DNA of 64,000 bases. It comes from Octopus vulgaris (taxonomy: Eukaryota). Position 1 is the stretch's first letter. The number at the start of each line of letters is the position of its first letter. The notes beneath the pieces are model-generated. The model was not told where the DNA came from. It saw only the letters and a list, made by a program, of their open reading frames with translations, and ran no database searches. The position numbers and the translations under genes were made by a program. Below are positions 12,995 through 26,835 of the stretch, piece after piece. The stretch spans positions 32,054,001 through 32,118,000 of the forward strand of contig OX597835.1 of NCBI GenBank assembly GCA_951406725.2. Reading direction: 5' to 3'.

Positions 12995-14030
12995 TATGTG
13001 TGAGTGTGTGTGTGTGTACCTGCTGCCTATTTGGGTAGGCAGAGCCGTAGGAAATTGTTCTTAGTCATAAAAGCAACAGAGGATCACTTCAATTTCTTGT
13101 TGTCTGCTACGTTATCGCTTCTGTTATTTACTCGTACATCTCAAAATTTCTGGTTAGGAATTATAATTATTTTTTGTCTAAATACTTCGTGTTTAATATT
13201 ATCAAAAATTCAGTTCACAAGTAATTTCGTGTCGAATCAAATATACTTCGAAACATCGTGTCTTCCCCAACACCTCTCTTCATGTTATTTTTTATAATGA
13301 CAATAATTTTCAATATGGATTCTTCATGACGAAGAGAGGCTTAATATTCTCATGTTAATTCCCGTTGAAAGTTTGATTTTTATACATTTTATTAATCACT
13401 GATTGCAGTTTATAATTCAATCAATTCATCTTATTGATCATTATAAACTTTTTTTTTTCAAAAGTATCAATCGGTAATAGTAAATTGAATAAAGGTTTTC
13501 GCATTTAATCGTTTAATTCTTTTTTATTTACATCATTACCGATAAAGAGTTAGTATCATAGCATCTAAAAACCGATAGTGTACTATCAAACGGGCCGATA
13601 GATAAGTGGTTCAAATCCTAGACGGCACAAAATACGTGTAACTCAAGAATGAAGGCCACTTCTGTCAACGTAAGTGCCCCATGATGATAAATTTACAACC
13701 GCACAAATTCCCAACTTTGCTAGAAATGAGGACTATCCCTTAAGTTGCTCGTATTAGTTCGATTTGCATTTTAATTATAAAAACCAGTAGGAAGATATTG
13801 ATTCGCACGTGTAGAGTGTCGAGGTAACGAAATTACGTTTTGTGAACAATTAAGGCCTAATAGAATAAAGAAAAACTTATCAAGTAGAGATTTAATGACA
13901 CAGACTCACACCTCATTCAAACTTGCTTCATTTCAGCGCATTGTACAAATAAATTTTGCTGTGTCTGGGGATGGTCATACTGCCTTAATGCCTTAATATG
14001 TAACACATTTATCGGTTCAGTTTCCGCTCA

Positions 14031-14087
<57 letters not shown>

Positions 14088-14630
14088 GAGTGAGAGAGCA
14101 ATTCATGCCATCAAAATGACACTGGGGTAAAATATACGAAGCCCAATGACTACCCATCATGACTACCCGTCTGATAAGGGTACACCAGGTACATGCATCA
14201 CAACCATATGTACGCGACATGGTGATCTCATATCAAGATAAACAGCACATGACCTTGCAGGTGGGGCCCAGTTAGAATTTTCTTCAGGCTGAGTAGCCCA
14301 TCCCGCTCAAAGGGTCCTTGAATAAGGGTTGTTTAAGGATGTTGAAAGAACCACCCATGTTTCCAGAGGTGAATTATTCAAACCCCAAAGAATCCCTCTC
14401 AACACATGGCTATGATGCTCCCCCACTACTTCTGCTCGTGATCAGAGATGCACATATCGTCAGCCACTAAGGGACATGCTCAACTGGTTATGGTCAAACA
14501 ACTGACAAGCAAATCTGTGGTATATTGAGCAGAATATTTGCTGTAGCCCATCTTTTATACCAAGACAAAACAATGTACATGATAACACCTCCAATCAGTT
14601 AAGATCAGAAGCCATGAGAGCCACTGCCTG

Positions 14631-14632
<2 letters not shown>
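14088..14632. mobile_element. About 545-bp interspersed repeat inserted in an (ATT)n tract; possible non-LTR retroelement end
   Basis: Complex, more GC-rich block bounded by (TTA)n on both sides. Class is inferred only. Confidence 0.45.
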
Positions 14633-14682
<50 letters not shown>

Positions 14683-14683
14683 C

Positions 14684-14726
<43 letters not shown>

Positions 14727-14727
<1 letters not shown>

Positions 14728-15107
14728 AGACGGCGAACTGGCACAATCTTTAGTACGCTTAGCGGTATTTCGTCCGTCGCCACGTTCTGAGTTCAAATTC
14801 CGCCGAGGTCGACTTTGCCTTTCATCCTTTCGGGATCGATTAAATAAGTACCAGTTACGCACTGGGATCGATGTAATCGACCTAATCCGTTTGTCTGTCC
14901 TTGTTTGTCCTCTCTGTGTTTAGCCACTTGTGGGTAGTAAAGAAATAGGTATTTCGTCCGTCGCTACGTTCTGAGTTCAAATTCCGCCGAGGTCGACTTT
15001 GCCTGTCATCCCTTTCGGGGTCAATAAAATAAGAACCAGTTTAACACTGGATGGTCGATGTAATCGACTCACCCCTCCCCCAAAATGGTTGCCCTTATGG
15101 CAAAATC
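14727..15107 (+). mobile_element. SINE family A, tandem dimer
   Basis: Head followed by two successive core units. Confidence 0.85.
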
Positions 15108-15499
15108 TGAGAACATCATTTTTTTTTTCATTGTTTTTGCAACCTTATCTTTGGATGGTGACAGATACGAGAATGAAGTACAAATTAATCCTATTAATAT
15201 TCTTTCTAATGTGGATAGAAGATTAGACACTTTAATCCAATACATCAACTGTAGTGTTCGACCAGTACTTATTTTATCGAACTTAAAAAAGATGAAAGGC
15301 AAGGTCAACCTCGGAGGGATTTGAACTCAGAACTCAAATTTTGTATTACATTTGGTAATAATGCTACCAGCGCACCGAATTTATATCAATAAAAGGTGAT
15401 TTCCTTCGTTGTTCCTGTTATACGCACTGTTGTTTATATCTTTGTTATCTCATGCATGTGTATGTGCGTGACTGTATGTATGTATACACATGCAGAAAG

Positions 15500-15574
<75 letters not shown>

Positions 15575-15583
15575 TGTGTGTGT

Positions 15584-15722
15584 TAGCGGTTGAGCAAAAG
15601 AGTCCGATAAAATAAGCACCAGTTTTACAATGAATAAGTCCTGGGATCGATTTGCTCGACTAAAGGCGGTGCTCCAGCATGGCCACAGTCAAATGACTGA
15701 AACAAGTAAAATAGTAAAAGAG
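15584..15722 (+). mobile_element. SINE family B, 3' fragment
   Basis: TTAGCGGTT..GCTCGACTAAAGGCGGTGCTCCAGCATGGCC..GAAACAAGTAAAA tail. Confidence 0.75.
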
Positions 15723-15786
15723 TGTGTTTCTGTGTTTCTGTGTTTCTGTGTGTGTGTGTGTGTGTGTGTGCGTGTGTGTGTGTGTA

Positions 15787-15836
<50 letters not shown>

Positions 15837-16484
15837 AGAATGACAGATGGATAGATTGCTAGATAAACCGACCGATAAACAGACAGGTAGATTAATAGAT
15901 ATACACACACAGACTCACACTCACGTGCACACAAGCATACGCACTTATTCTAGTTTCTTAATGAAAGCTGATTAGAACATTCAGTAATGAAGATTGGATT
16001 TCGTTGAACTCATTTCTCGTCTCTATTTGCGACTCGAGTTTCAGTCACTTCGAACTTCAGACAAAATGACTTCTCGATTGAACCTCGTGTTGACGGGAAT
16101 ATTTCGTCACACACATACACACACACACACAGATATAAACACACATAAACACAGAGACACATTTATTGTGCACGTGTGTCTTGTTCGTACGTGTGTGCGA
16201 GCCCGAATGTGGGCGTGTTGTGCTAACACAAAGTAAATATCAAGAACAAAAAATATAAAAAATGTGAGCCAGAATATTAGAGGAATTGAGCAACGTTGGA
16301 ATGTGTGTTAAACTCTTTTATTTATCTATACTTGATTCAATTCAATCCAGGTCAATGCCTTTTACCACGTATCTAGTTCTTTGAATTCTACAATGAAAGT
16401 AAACAACCGCACCGTTCCCATGAGATATAGTTGCTGTTCTATATGCGTATTCTCAAAGGAACTGGATTATTTATTAACTTAGGT

Positions 16485-16885
16485 AAGGCACAAGGCGGAC
16501 AAAGTGCTAAGCAGCGTTTCGTCCGTTTTTTTCCTTCTGAGTTTAAATTCTACCAAGGTCGTCTTTGCTTTTCATCCATCTGAGGTTGATAAAATAAGTA
16601 CCAGTTGTGCAGTGGGATTGATCTAATCGATTATCACCCATCCCAAAATTGCGGGCCTTCTGCCAAAATTTTAAACCAATATCAAGTATGACAGCGAGCT
16701 GGCACAATGGTTACCGCGCCGGATAATATGCTTTGTGGCATTTTGTCCGTCTTTACCTTCTGATTCGAAATTCCACCGAGGTCTACCTTGCCTTTGACCC
16801 CTTAGGGGTCTATAAAATAATTTGAGCACTGAAGTCAATGTAATCGGCTTGCCTGCTACCCCTTGTGCCAAAATTTGAAACCAAT
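16485..16885 (+). mobile_element. SINE family A, two degenerate tandem copies
   Basis: Two diverged head-plus-core units, each ending in TGCCAAAATTT..AAACCAATAT. Confidence 0.65.
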
Positions 16886-17532
16886 ATTAATACTAACTAG
16901 TAGTCATTTTATGGTTGCTATTTACTTACGTTAATATAATCCCGGGGAGCATGGAGTCTAGGGTTACAGTCCAATATAAGTGCTATGTGATTTTATAAAT
17001 TACATGATACTTCCTTTCATTTCCTCATGTAACAGTCCGCTTCTTTAGTTTTGTCTCTATAACTTTCATGAATTACCTAACAATGTTGTTTTAATGGTGG
17101 AGTTGTGACGTTAAAAATTATCACGTCTATTGCAATTAAAGGTGTTTTCTTTTTTAATGCTACTTAACTTGTTGCAATCCATATTAAACGAAGCTTATTT
17201 ATACCATAATGAGGCTGAAAATATGTATTGCTCTCTTGTGGGTTTATTGGGTGTCATTTTGATAACCGATGGAGTAGAGGACACAATGTCTTCTGGCATT
17301 TTGTATCTTCCCTCTAATTGAAGCTGCATGGACTAGTGGTTAGGGTTCCGCACTCGCGTTTCGCAGATCATGGTTTTGGATCCAGGATCGGGCGGTGCGT
17401 GGTGTCCATCAGCAAAACACTTCGCTTCAGATTACTTCGGCTCACTCAACTGAAAATGAATTCCAGCAAAGTTTGGGGATTGACCCAACAACGGACCGGC
17501 GCTCGCTTTAGGAGCGAGTTTCTTTTTTCTTT

Positions 17533-17912
17533 TCTTTTACTTGTTTCAGTCATTTGACTACGGCCATGCTGGAGCACCGCCTTTAATCGAGCAACTCGAC
17601 CCCGGGACTTATTCTTTTGTAAGCCCAGTACTTATTCTATCGGTCTCTTTTGCAGAACCGCTAGATAACGGGGACATAAACACACCAGCATCGGTTGTCA
17701 AGCAATGCTAGGAGGACAAACACAGACACAAACACACACACGCACATATATATATATACATATATACGACGGGCTTCTTTCAGTTTCCGTCTACCAAATC
17801 CACTCACAAGGCTTTGGTCGGCCCGAGGCTATAGTAGAAGACACTTGCCCAAGGTGCCACGCAGTGGGACTGAACCCGGAACCATGTGGTTGGTAAACAA
17901 GCTACCTACCAC
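17533..17912 (-). mobile_element. SINE family B
   Basis: Near full-length reverse copy. Confidence 0.88.
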
Positions 17913-18377
17913 TAGGCCTTATTTGGGTTCCACTATCGAAAACGAATTATCACAGATCTCTCGATGTTTCCGAATTCATGTGGTCTTCAGAGTTATTTGG
18001 CGTTGTGAAATGGAAGTGGTGACATTCTAGAGGAAGCAAAATAGTTTCAATCTGGAATTGAAAATGATGAGTAGAACAACGCAGAATAACGTAAACCGAC
18101 CAGCGCCGGTTGTCGAGCGATGTGGGAGCCAAACACAAACGCACAAAGATTTATACACACATACCTACATTATATAATTATATACATATATTTATGAATG
18201 CATACATATCTACACATATGTATGTGCCAAATGTATATTATACAGTGGGCACAACAATATTCTCAGACTGTTGTAAAATGGTATAATATCCGCACACACA
18301 CAGTGGAGAAGGGCAGGCCCCAAATAATACATATAGAACATATAATACATATATATCTGTGTGGATATATTTGTAAA

Positions 18378-18409
<32 letters not shown>

Positions 18410-18699
18410 AACATAATAATTTTGCTATAATGAAGAAAGTTGCTTCTTAATTACTATAGGTATGGAGCATTTAATAAAAGAAAGCAATTATTAAATTCAA
18501 CACCACCTGGAAAGTTCTTATAAATTCCAATTTTAATAGGTCTTTTTTATAAAATGTGATTTTTAAAGTCCTTTTACGATTTCATGTCAGGATTCACGAT
18601 TCAATGACCAGGCTGATTTTTATGCACTGCCATATAGTTAACTTCCGCAGATAAAACAAATAAACCGAAGAAAGAATGATTATATGATTGTATACTTAC

Positions 18700-18901
18700 A
18701 TTCATCGCAGCAAACACCGTCGGCAACACATCGTCCTTGTCCGTCAGTTCCACACGGCACCCCTTTCACAGAACATGCTGTCGTGCTCTCGTTTTCCTCA
18801 TTGCATTCCTTTGCGAGTGTGCCTATGATGCAACCGTCTTTGTGGCAGCATATGTTGGATCCAACACACTGGCCTTCACCATTTGGTCCGCAAGACATAC
18901 A
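18700..18901 (-). CDS. Oxytocin/vasopressin-family precursor (cephalotocin/octopressin type), internal neurophysin exon ('exon 2')
   Basis: Translates to CMSCGPNGEGQCVGSNICCHKDGCIIGTLAKECNEENESTTACSVKGVPCGTDGQGRCVADGVCCDE plus 1 nt, with 12 Cys in neurophysin spacing. Acceptor is a polypyrimidine tract plus ttactAG|TGT (AG at 18903-18902). Donor is GAAT|GTAAGT at 18700/18699. Length 202 nt, phase 0 to phase 1, as in vertebrate OXT/AVP exon 2. No symbol given because the nonapeptide exon is not visible. Confidence 0.96.
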
Positions 18902-19158
18902 CTAGTAATTAAAAGAGAAAAAAAAAACAGACATTTTTTATAAAAATATATACAGACTCTTTTATATTACACATTTATGTGTACACGTCCAATCATAAAT
19001 ATGATCATGTTTGAGTTGCGTGTTCACTATAAACAAGTAGGAATAACAATTCAAAGGAAATAATCGTACTCATACAGAAGAGATCCACTGTTCCACATTT
19101 ACGTTTGTATGTCGTAAGCATGCACATACGCAAACACACACATATGCATATTTACAAG

Positions 19159-19298
<140 letters not shown>

Positions 19299-19311
19299 GT
19301 TGTTGAATTCA

Positions 19312-19480
19312 CAGAAAAACAAAAGACGAAGACAGATGTATAAACAACAAGAAGGTGTATTAGTTCGACACTCGGGAAAGTGAGAAAGTGTTTTACGTTT
19401 CGAGCCTACGCTCTTCAGCGGAAAGGAACAAGAGGAAATAAACGTAGAGGGAATTAAGAAAAAACTTGCGGTCAATCATG
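19312..19480 (-). mobile_element. Penelope-like short fragment in (TA)n
   Basis: AAAAGACGAAGACAG..GTATTAG..TTTTACGTTTCGAGCCTACGCTCTTC. Same family at 20532-20710, 24447-24519, 38323-38473, 52878-52988 and 33365-33460. Confidence 0.6.
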
Positions 19481-19501
19481 GCGATATGGATATATATATA
19501 A

Positions 19502-19553
<52 letters not shown>

Positions 19554-19574
19554 ATATATATATATATATATATG

Positions 19575-19671
<97 letters not shown>

Positions 19672-20137
19672 ATATATGCATACATATATACATACATACA
19701 TACAACTATAGATAGCTGGGGAGAAAAGGAGAAAGTGTTACAGTTAGGATTGTGTACGAGTGAATAAACAAGGAAAACATTTATTAACTCGAAGTCTTTT
19801 ATGTATTTTAATAACATTCGAAATAGCAGAATCTTTTTAATATATATGCAACTAAATCAGTCTCAATATTTAACTAACAGTACACACTACTAAGTACAAA
19901 GTTTGTGAGGTTATGTATTGTGTGGTGAGGTTATGTATTTCCTGCTGAAATAGAAGACGTATTTTCTAAATTAAAACTACTGTTCCGATTCCGTACCATT
20001 TGTGAGAATTCAACAATTTTTGGAAGGTTATATTTTGCTTTTCTCCTTTGGTTTTTTCCTCTATATTTTCGTTGTTATATTAAAGCGTACCAAAAATTGA
20101 ATTGATTTAGTTTTCTTGGTACTTGATATAATCTGCA

Positions 20138-20193
<56 letters not shown>

Positions 20194-20194
20194 T

Positions 20195-20227
<33 letters not shown>

Positions 20228-20475
20228 AAACTACTACTACTCTATAAGATTCCTTGATTGCCTCTAGTTGCAATTTCGTCTGTATCAGTGAGAATATATA
20301 AGCCATATATTCAAATACTTTGTATACAAATTGTATTAGAATCTGTCTATTTATCTTTCTATATATCTGTTTCTTTGTTTCTAACTGTCTGTCTGTTTCT
20401 TTCTCTCTCGATCTCTCTCACCTTCTCTCTCGCTCTCTCACTCTGTAAATATATATATATATACATATATATATG

Positions 20476-20531
<56 letters not shown>

Positions 20532-20534
<3 letters not shown>

Positions 20535-20710
20535 AGAGTTTAGGAAAAAACCCAAAGACGAAAACAGGTGGTGAACAAAATAAACAGATGTATTAGTATA
20601 ACGCTCAGGAATAGAAAAAGTCTTTTACGTTTCGAGCCTACGCTCTTCTACAGAACGGGACACAGAAAACAAGGAGAAAAACAAGGAGAGAAAAAATGTG
20701 TGTAGTGCCT
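20532..20710 (-). mobile_element. Penelope-like short fragment in (TA)n
   Basis: Near-identical to 38323-38473 and 52878-52988. Confidence 0.6.
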
Positions 20711-21352
20711 AATATATATATATATGTGTGTGTGTGTGTGAATATATATATAGATATACGTGTGTTATTGTGAGGGCGAATGTGTATGTATAACAAAAGT
20801 AAGAAAGGGTGATAATCACAAGAATGGGCAATTGTCCAAAAGTGAGGATCCATTTAGGATACAACAGTCCCATTATACTCATCGTATGTTGATGTTTCCA
20901 TCTCGATGGGTGTCATCAGTGTAGCATTTTATCCGACTTATCTTCAGCAGACTAGACCCTAATATATATATATATATATACATCGATATATACAGACAGG
21001 AATACAGACAAGTACACATGCACACACACACACACAGACACACATACAAGCACATACACAAGCACACACGTTTATACAAACTCATACAAACTACGCATAC
21101 ATGCACACACACATACATGCCAAAACCCTTAAAGAAATTTAACACACGTTCTAGATAACTCAACATCACACCGATAGAATGGGAGGGAAGAAAATATATA
21201 GGCAAATGTACTGAACACCCCAACTACACGCCCATTTTCCTGACTAATCTAGTGTATATTCCTTTTTCTTTCTACTACCCAATATAATAAATATCACACC
21301 CACGAAAATATTTGAATAGCTAAGAATATAATATAGAACTGAACCGCCCTAA

Positions 21353-21718
21353 AACAAAAGCACTCAGAGAGTGCAAACCTCCGTCAAGGTAACATTAACG
21401 TCTTCTCAATGATAAGCCGATAATTTTTTAAATAAGAATATCTGAAATAAACTCGACTGCTCTCACAAACGAGAATACTAAAACTGAACCCGAACGCCCT
21501 CAAAGATTAAGTAAAACAAAAAAACAAGGAAAAGTAATCCATATGCTTGTCTGGTACCGGATCGATCTCAAAATCCAATCCGTTCGTGCCAGTCACGAAG
21601 CCAAACATCCCTGAAAGTTTCATCCGCATCCATCAAGTGGTTCTTGAGATATCTTGTCCACGGATAAACAAACACGACTGGAAAACAATACCCCTGCCTT
21701 CGTTAAGTAGGAGGTAAT
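21353..21718. mobile_element. Helentron-associated (HINE/DINE-1-like) non-autonomous element
   Basis: Starts with the short hairpin GCACTCAGAGAGTGC followed by ACCTCCG..AAGG. Ends with the subterminal inverted motif ...GGAGGTAAT after (CAAA)n-like repeats. Confidence 0.6.
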
Positions 21719-22421
21719 AAAGCACGTTACAAGAGCTACACTTGAAAGTAAGCTTGTCAAGTATCCATCTTCTACGATACTCAAAGAAACCAGTCAAGAT
21801 TGTAACATGAATTTCGACCTATTTAGATAAAAATCCTGACATCGGCAAGCAACTGGTGTGAAGCCGATGTCAACTACATAAGTTTGCAAACAGATCAGAT
21901 TTCAGATACAAAACAACGTCTCCTCGCTTCTCCCAAAACCCTAACCAATAAACAACTGAATTCAGTTCACTTCGAGCCAAGCTGGTTGAAAGAACCTCTA
22001 CGAAGCTGCACATAAAATTATACCCGGTTCCATATACAACTACACATACTCTATGCAGTGGAAACACGTATGGGTCGTCGTTATGAATGTTGTGCTCACG
22101 ACCTTATGATTGTGAGTTCGATTCCAGGACCAGGAGGTACATTAAACACTTTTTTTAAAGTTTTTTTTTTTTCTGAGAGCAAACAAACCATATGTTGAAT
22201 GACGTTGTAAAATAAAAGGAAATAAATTTTGAGGATGTTCTAGTCCATATTCTCTATCGTTATAATTATTGCTAATATACAATCCAAATGTTACCATCTA
22301 GTGAGGCGAACACGGAATTACGCATCGGGGGAATTTACAGACGTTGAATATTAATCGTTGCGAATAACCGTCACCGGGAACTTAGCTAAGAGCTACCATG
22401 GTATCTGCCCGGATAATCCCC

Positions 22422-22692
22422 ATGACCGACCAGGCTAGCATATGTTGCTACACATCGCTGGTCACAATGCGCTTCGCATTGTTTTAACCTTCAAATGACG
22501 CCACTCCGCTGGCTAAGAGAGCAGGCCAACAGAAGAAAGTGTGAGAGAAAGTTTTGGCGAAAGTGTCCGGAGCCTCGTGGAGCTTTTAGGTGTTTTCGCT
22601 CAATAAACAGTCACAACGACCGGTCTGGGAATCGAAGCCGCGATCCTACGACCGCGAGTCCGCTGTCTTAACCAATGGGCCATTGCATCTCT
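22422..22692 (-). mobile_element. SINE family C head with tail type 2
   Basis: Same head; the tail also occurs alone at about 9010-9128 (+). Confidence 0.78.
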
Positions 22693-22727
22693 ACGCCCGG
22701 ATAATATATCCCTTTAAACACACACAC

Positions 22728-22812
<85 letters not shown>

Positions 22813-23478
22813 TATGTGTGCGTGTATTAAATAAATAGATATGTGATTGCGTTTCATTACATAGTAGAAAAATACACTCTGTATATTTGCTAAGCAAGTG
22901 AATAACAGTTTAAATCGTTCGGAGAAAAGGGAAGAATGAATTTTAGATTGAAGGAAATAATGACTTAAATGCAATTTCTTCAGTGGAAATTTCCATTTAT
23001 TCTTCGAGTTCATATACGACTTTCAAAGTATTGGATATTCTTGGCACTTTGTCGATTTGCATCAAGCGTGATTTCGTATTATCATGTATTATCGTCTTCA
23101 ATTCTTCATATCTAATGTTATCAAATGGAATGTAGTCAAATTGGATTTCTTCAACTCTAACAGTAATTTTGTCCTTGACTTCACACTTCCAAAATATTTT
23201 AATAATGAAAGATTTTGAATGTAAGAGACTAAAATTCAATCCAGAAAAACAGAACACCAAATAACTTCGTCTTTATTTACTTTCGCTATCGCTTTATTAA
23301 TTTTCCAAGAAATCTATCCAAGAATATGTAGAGTCAATAGGGCATGACATTATTTCCTGAAGTGTTCTCGGACTTCCCATTATATTATATACTATCTATT
23401 GATCCACTGCGATCATGGCCAAACACCTCACTCTTCAATAGACTTGATCATCGAAATTATAGTTACATATAATTTTAC

Positions 23479-23513
<35 letters not shown>

Positions 23514-23515
<2 letters not shown>

Positions 23516-23900
23516 CGCAGGAGTGACTGTGTGGTAAGTAGCTTGCTAACCAACCACATGGTTCCGGGTTCATTCCCACTGCGTGGCACCTTGGGCAAGT
23601 GTCTTCTACTATAGCTTCGGGTCGACCAAAGCCTTGTGAGTGGATTTGGTAGACGGAAACTGGAAGAAGCCCGTCGTATATATGTATATGTTTGTGTGTC
23701 TGTGTTTGTCCCCCCACCATTGCTTGACAACCGAAGGTGGTGTGTTTACGTCCCGTAACTTAGCGATTCAGCAAAAGAGACTGGTAGAATAAGTACTAGG
23801 CTTACAAAGAATAAGTCCTGGGGTCGATTTACTCAACTAGAAGGCGGTGCTCCAGTATGGCCGCAGTCAAATGGCTGAAACAAGTAAAAGAGTAAAAGAG
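23514..23900 (+). mobile_element. SINE family B, full length
   Basis: GGCGCAGGAGTG(G/A)CTGTGTGG A-box-like, GGTTC B-box-like, CCTTGGGCAAGTGTCTT core and (GTAAAAGA)n tail. Confidence 0.9.
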
Positions 23901-24311
23901 TATATATATATATACAAAAATGCATGCATACATACATGCATAAAGGTAATACCTTTATAGTATGCATTCTAAAGCTCCTCTCCCCGTATCGGCTACCAAA
24001 TGTTATCATACAATAGAACTTATCCTGATACTGGATAGACTTGTGGAAATCCGCGAATATCCACAGAGTATAAATAAGCAAGTTTTAAGAGAAGGTAGCT
24101 TAAACAGGCTTCATTAGAAATCACTATAATTGTTTCAGTGCATCATACTCAGCTGTTAATTACGGAATGTAATTAATAGCTGATAATGAGGTAGTGGTAC
24201 AATTGTAGTGGCTTGCAATAAGTCCCGTTCAAAAGATTTTCTGGCATTAACATTTATAGATACACACACACACACATACATACATATGTGTATATATATT
24301 TATATATGCAT

Positions 24312-24342
<31 letters not shown>

Positions 24343-24407
24343 CATAGATACAGATTTATATATTGCATATGTCTATATATACATACATACATACATACAT
24401 ACATACA

Positions 24408-24443
<36 letters not shown>

Positions 24444-25603
24444 TAAAGGGAAAATAAACAAAAAGACGAAGACAGTTGGTGTACAAAACAAACAGATGTA
24501 TTAGTTTAGCGCTCAGGAATATATGTGTGTGTGTGTGTGTGTGTGTATGTGTGTGTGTATGTGTGTGTACGTGTGTGTGTATTGTATATAGCTAATGAGG
24601 ACTAATCAAATTTACAATAACATCTGTATTTTTGAAAGTCCTAGACTCGGATCCTAGCTTATCAATTCTGGGTCGTCCATTTTTACGATGTTCTGCTAAG
24701 ATGTAAGACGAACTTCTTTTTTTATGTTCGCTGCCCACATACATCTTAGCAAGTATATATTTCAGTAAAGCTTTACATAGCGTCGTGTCGTTATCGGCTG
24801 CTATTTCCAACTGCATATATGAATGTATATCTACATAGATACATATATACACACACTTGTGTGTGCGCGAAAAAATGTAAATATATCACGAGAGTAAAAA
24901 AAAAACTGCATACGCAGAAGCACAAAGAATAAAATGGATGGACAATATGCTGGGAAATAATCTCATGATGGCCGTTCAAAACTTTAACAAGCTTGAATGG
25001 CCGACAGGAAGTTGTGAAACGAATAAAAAAAAATTTTTTTCAACGGAAAGTAAACAGTGATAAAGGGAATAAGCGTGACCATTGTTGCAGGAAAATAATG
25101 AAGTAATTCGTAGACTCAAGCGTTTGTTAGCTTTAAGTATATTTGTCCTTGCGGATTTGTGTGTTTCTGGAAGTAGAAGGATTATGTAGAAGTGACAAGA
25201 AGGGAATGAAATGAAATGGTATTGCCATGTTATGCAGAGGCGTTCGTTGGCTTTGTGATTGGGAAGCTCAGTTCGTAAGCACGCCAATGTCATTTTCAAT
25301 GGTTCGGTGCCAATGTGTGGCACCGTGCACAAGAGTCTCCTACTTGAGCCCCTGAACGATTGCTGACTTATGAGAAAATTTGGTAAAAGCAGGCTGGAAA
25401 TCTGTTCTGTACACAGACACACACACATATACATTTACCCACATACTTATTTGCGAGTGCACACACACACAACACCTATATATATATATATAATATCATT
25501 TACACAGAATTTCACTTTGAACTTTCTCTGATAGTGCAATAGTCGAATGTTTATATAGACTGAACCTTCATGAAGTCTTTCAGACTTCACTCATACACAC
25601 ATA

Positions 25604-26152
25604 TTAGGTCATCCCATAAATAATGATTTATTTTCGATTCCATGGGAGAAAAGTCGAAAAACGATGGGATAAACTATCTGCATCAACTTTCTATTTTACC
25701 TTGATTCTAATCTTAGTACGGGTTTTGAAGATTGCAGTTTGATTTCCATAGTTTTTGTTTCTTTCAAAGCTATAATGGAAGTAAGAAAGGAGTATATTGG
25801 GCATATTTTGCTTTATGAGTTCAATAAATGCAACAATCCAACGGAAAGTGCGAGGGACATTAATGCTGTATATGGGAACTGGACAATAAGCGTAAGCCAG
25901 TGTCAGTGTTGGTTCCAGAAATTCCGAGTCGAAAGCTACAGCCTAGAAAACGAGCCTCGAGCTGGAAGACCTGTAGAGCTCGACGGAGACATCCTGCAAA
26001 CACCGGTTGAATAAAATCCCATCGTAAGTTATGAGGAACTAACAGAGAAGCTTGGATTTGGTTATTTAACCATTCATCGACACCTGAGTGCCATCGGAAA
26101 AATCAGCAAAGTGGGTCAATGATTTCCTCACAAACTTTCCGATACTAATCGC

Positions 26153-26192
<40 letters not shown>

Positions 26193-26835
26193 TATGTACT
26201 CTTCTTTCCTGCTACGTCTCACGAATGAACCTTTTGGGGGACCAAATAGTGACTGGTGACGAGAAATTGGTTCTTTATAAAATTGTCAAGGGCCGGAGAT
26301 AGTATATAGGAAAAGAAGAAACATCGACAACCAGGTTAAAGAAGGTTTTCACCCACATAAGGTTGTGTTATCTGTCTTGTGGAATATGAAAGTTTTAGTC
26401 CACTTTCAACTTTTAAACCCAAACTAAACGATATCAATGGATATTTACTGCAAGCAGCTTGAACGGCTTAAGTCGGCTCTAGAAGAAAAACGACCATCTT
26501 TGGTTTGAAGAGGAAGGGTGTTCCTCCTCAGGAACAGCGAAGATGACATTCCAAAGGCTGGATCAGTTTGAATGGGAAACGATGCCTCCCCCACCATATT
26601 CGCCTGACATTGCCCCATCAGACTATCATTTATTGTGCAGTCTTCAATATCATTTCAATATGAATTCTGTAGATTAAATAAGAACAGTACTGGGGGAATA
26701 TTTTTCTTCGGGACAATTGGATTTTGGAAGAAGGGCCTTGCAGGTCTACCAGATAGGTGGAAGAGCATTGTTTTTTTTTCTCAATTGTGAAAGATGAAAA
26801 TGTAAAACAACCGCATTATTTATGGGATGACCCAA
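25604..26835 (+). mobile_element. Near full-length degenerate mariner (Tc1/mariner) DNA transposon
   Basis: TIRs TT(A/G)GGTCATCCCATAAATAATG at both ends, flanked by TA dinucleotides; about 1.23 kb; internal transposase remnants. Confidence 0.93.
25775..26770 (+). pseudogene. Mariner transposase pseudogene
   Basis: MEVRKEYIGHILLYEFNK...WFQKFR..SLENEPRAGRP helix-turn-helix region, IVTGDEK (first catalytic D) and PPYSPDIAPSDYHL motif. Broken by stops, frameshifts and a (GA)n expansion. Confidence 0.9.

Noticed and set aside
17950-18028. Good-looking minus-strand acceptor (ttttgcttcctctAG) 670 nt after exon 2
   Set aside because: Splicing in phase 1 gives T|AA, an immediate stop that removes the last two neurophysin Cys.
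18680-18898. ORF track entry read as a standalone 72-aa protein
   Set aside because: It is an internal exon. The Met is the second codon of the exon and the CKYTII end is intron read-through.
20822-20853. Minus-strand HFWTIAH / ACAATTGCCCATT resembling the octopressin nonapeptide CFWTSCPIG
   Set aside because: First Cys is missing, a frameshift is needed, and there is no GKR, signal peptide or donor.
24796-24816. Plus-strand GCYFQL, similar to vasopressin CYFQNC
   Set aside because: Wrong strand relative to the neurophysin exons; no second Cys in frame and no PxGGKR.
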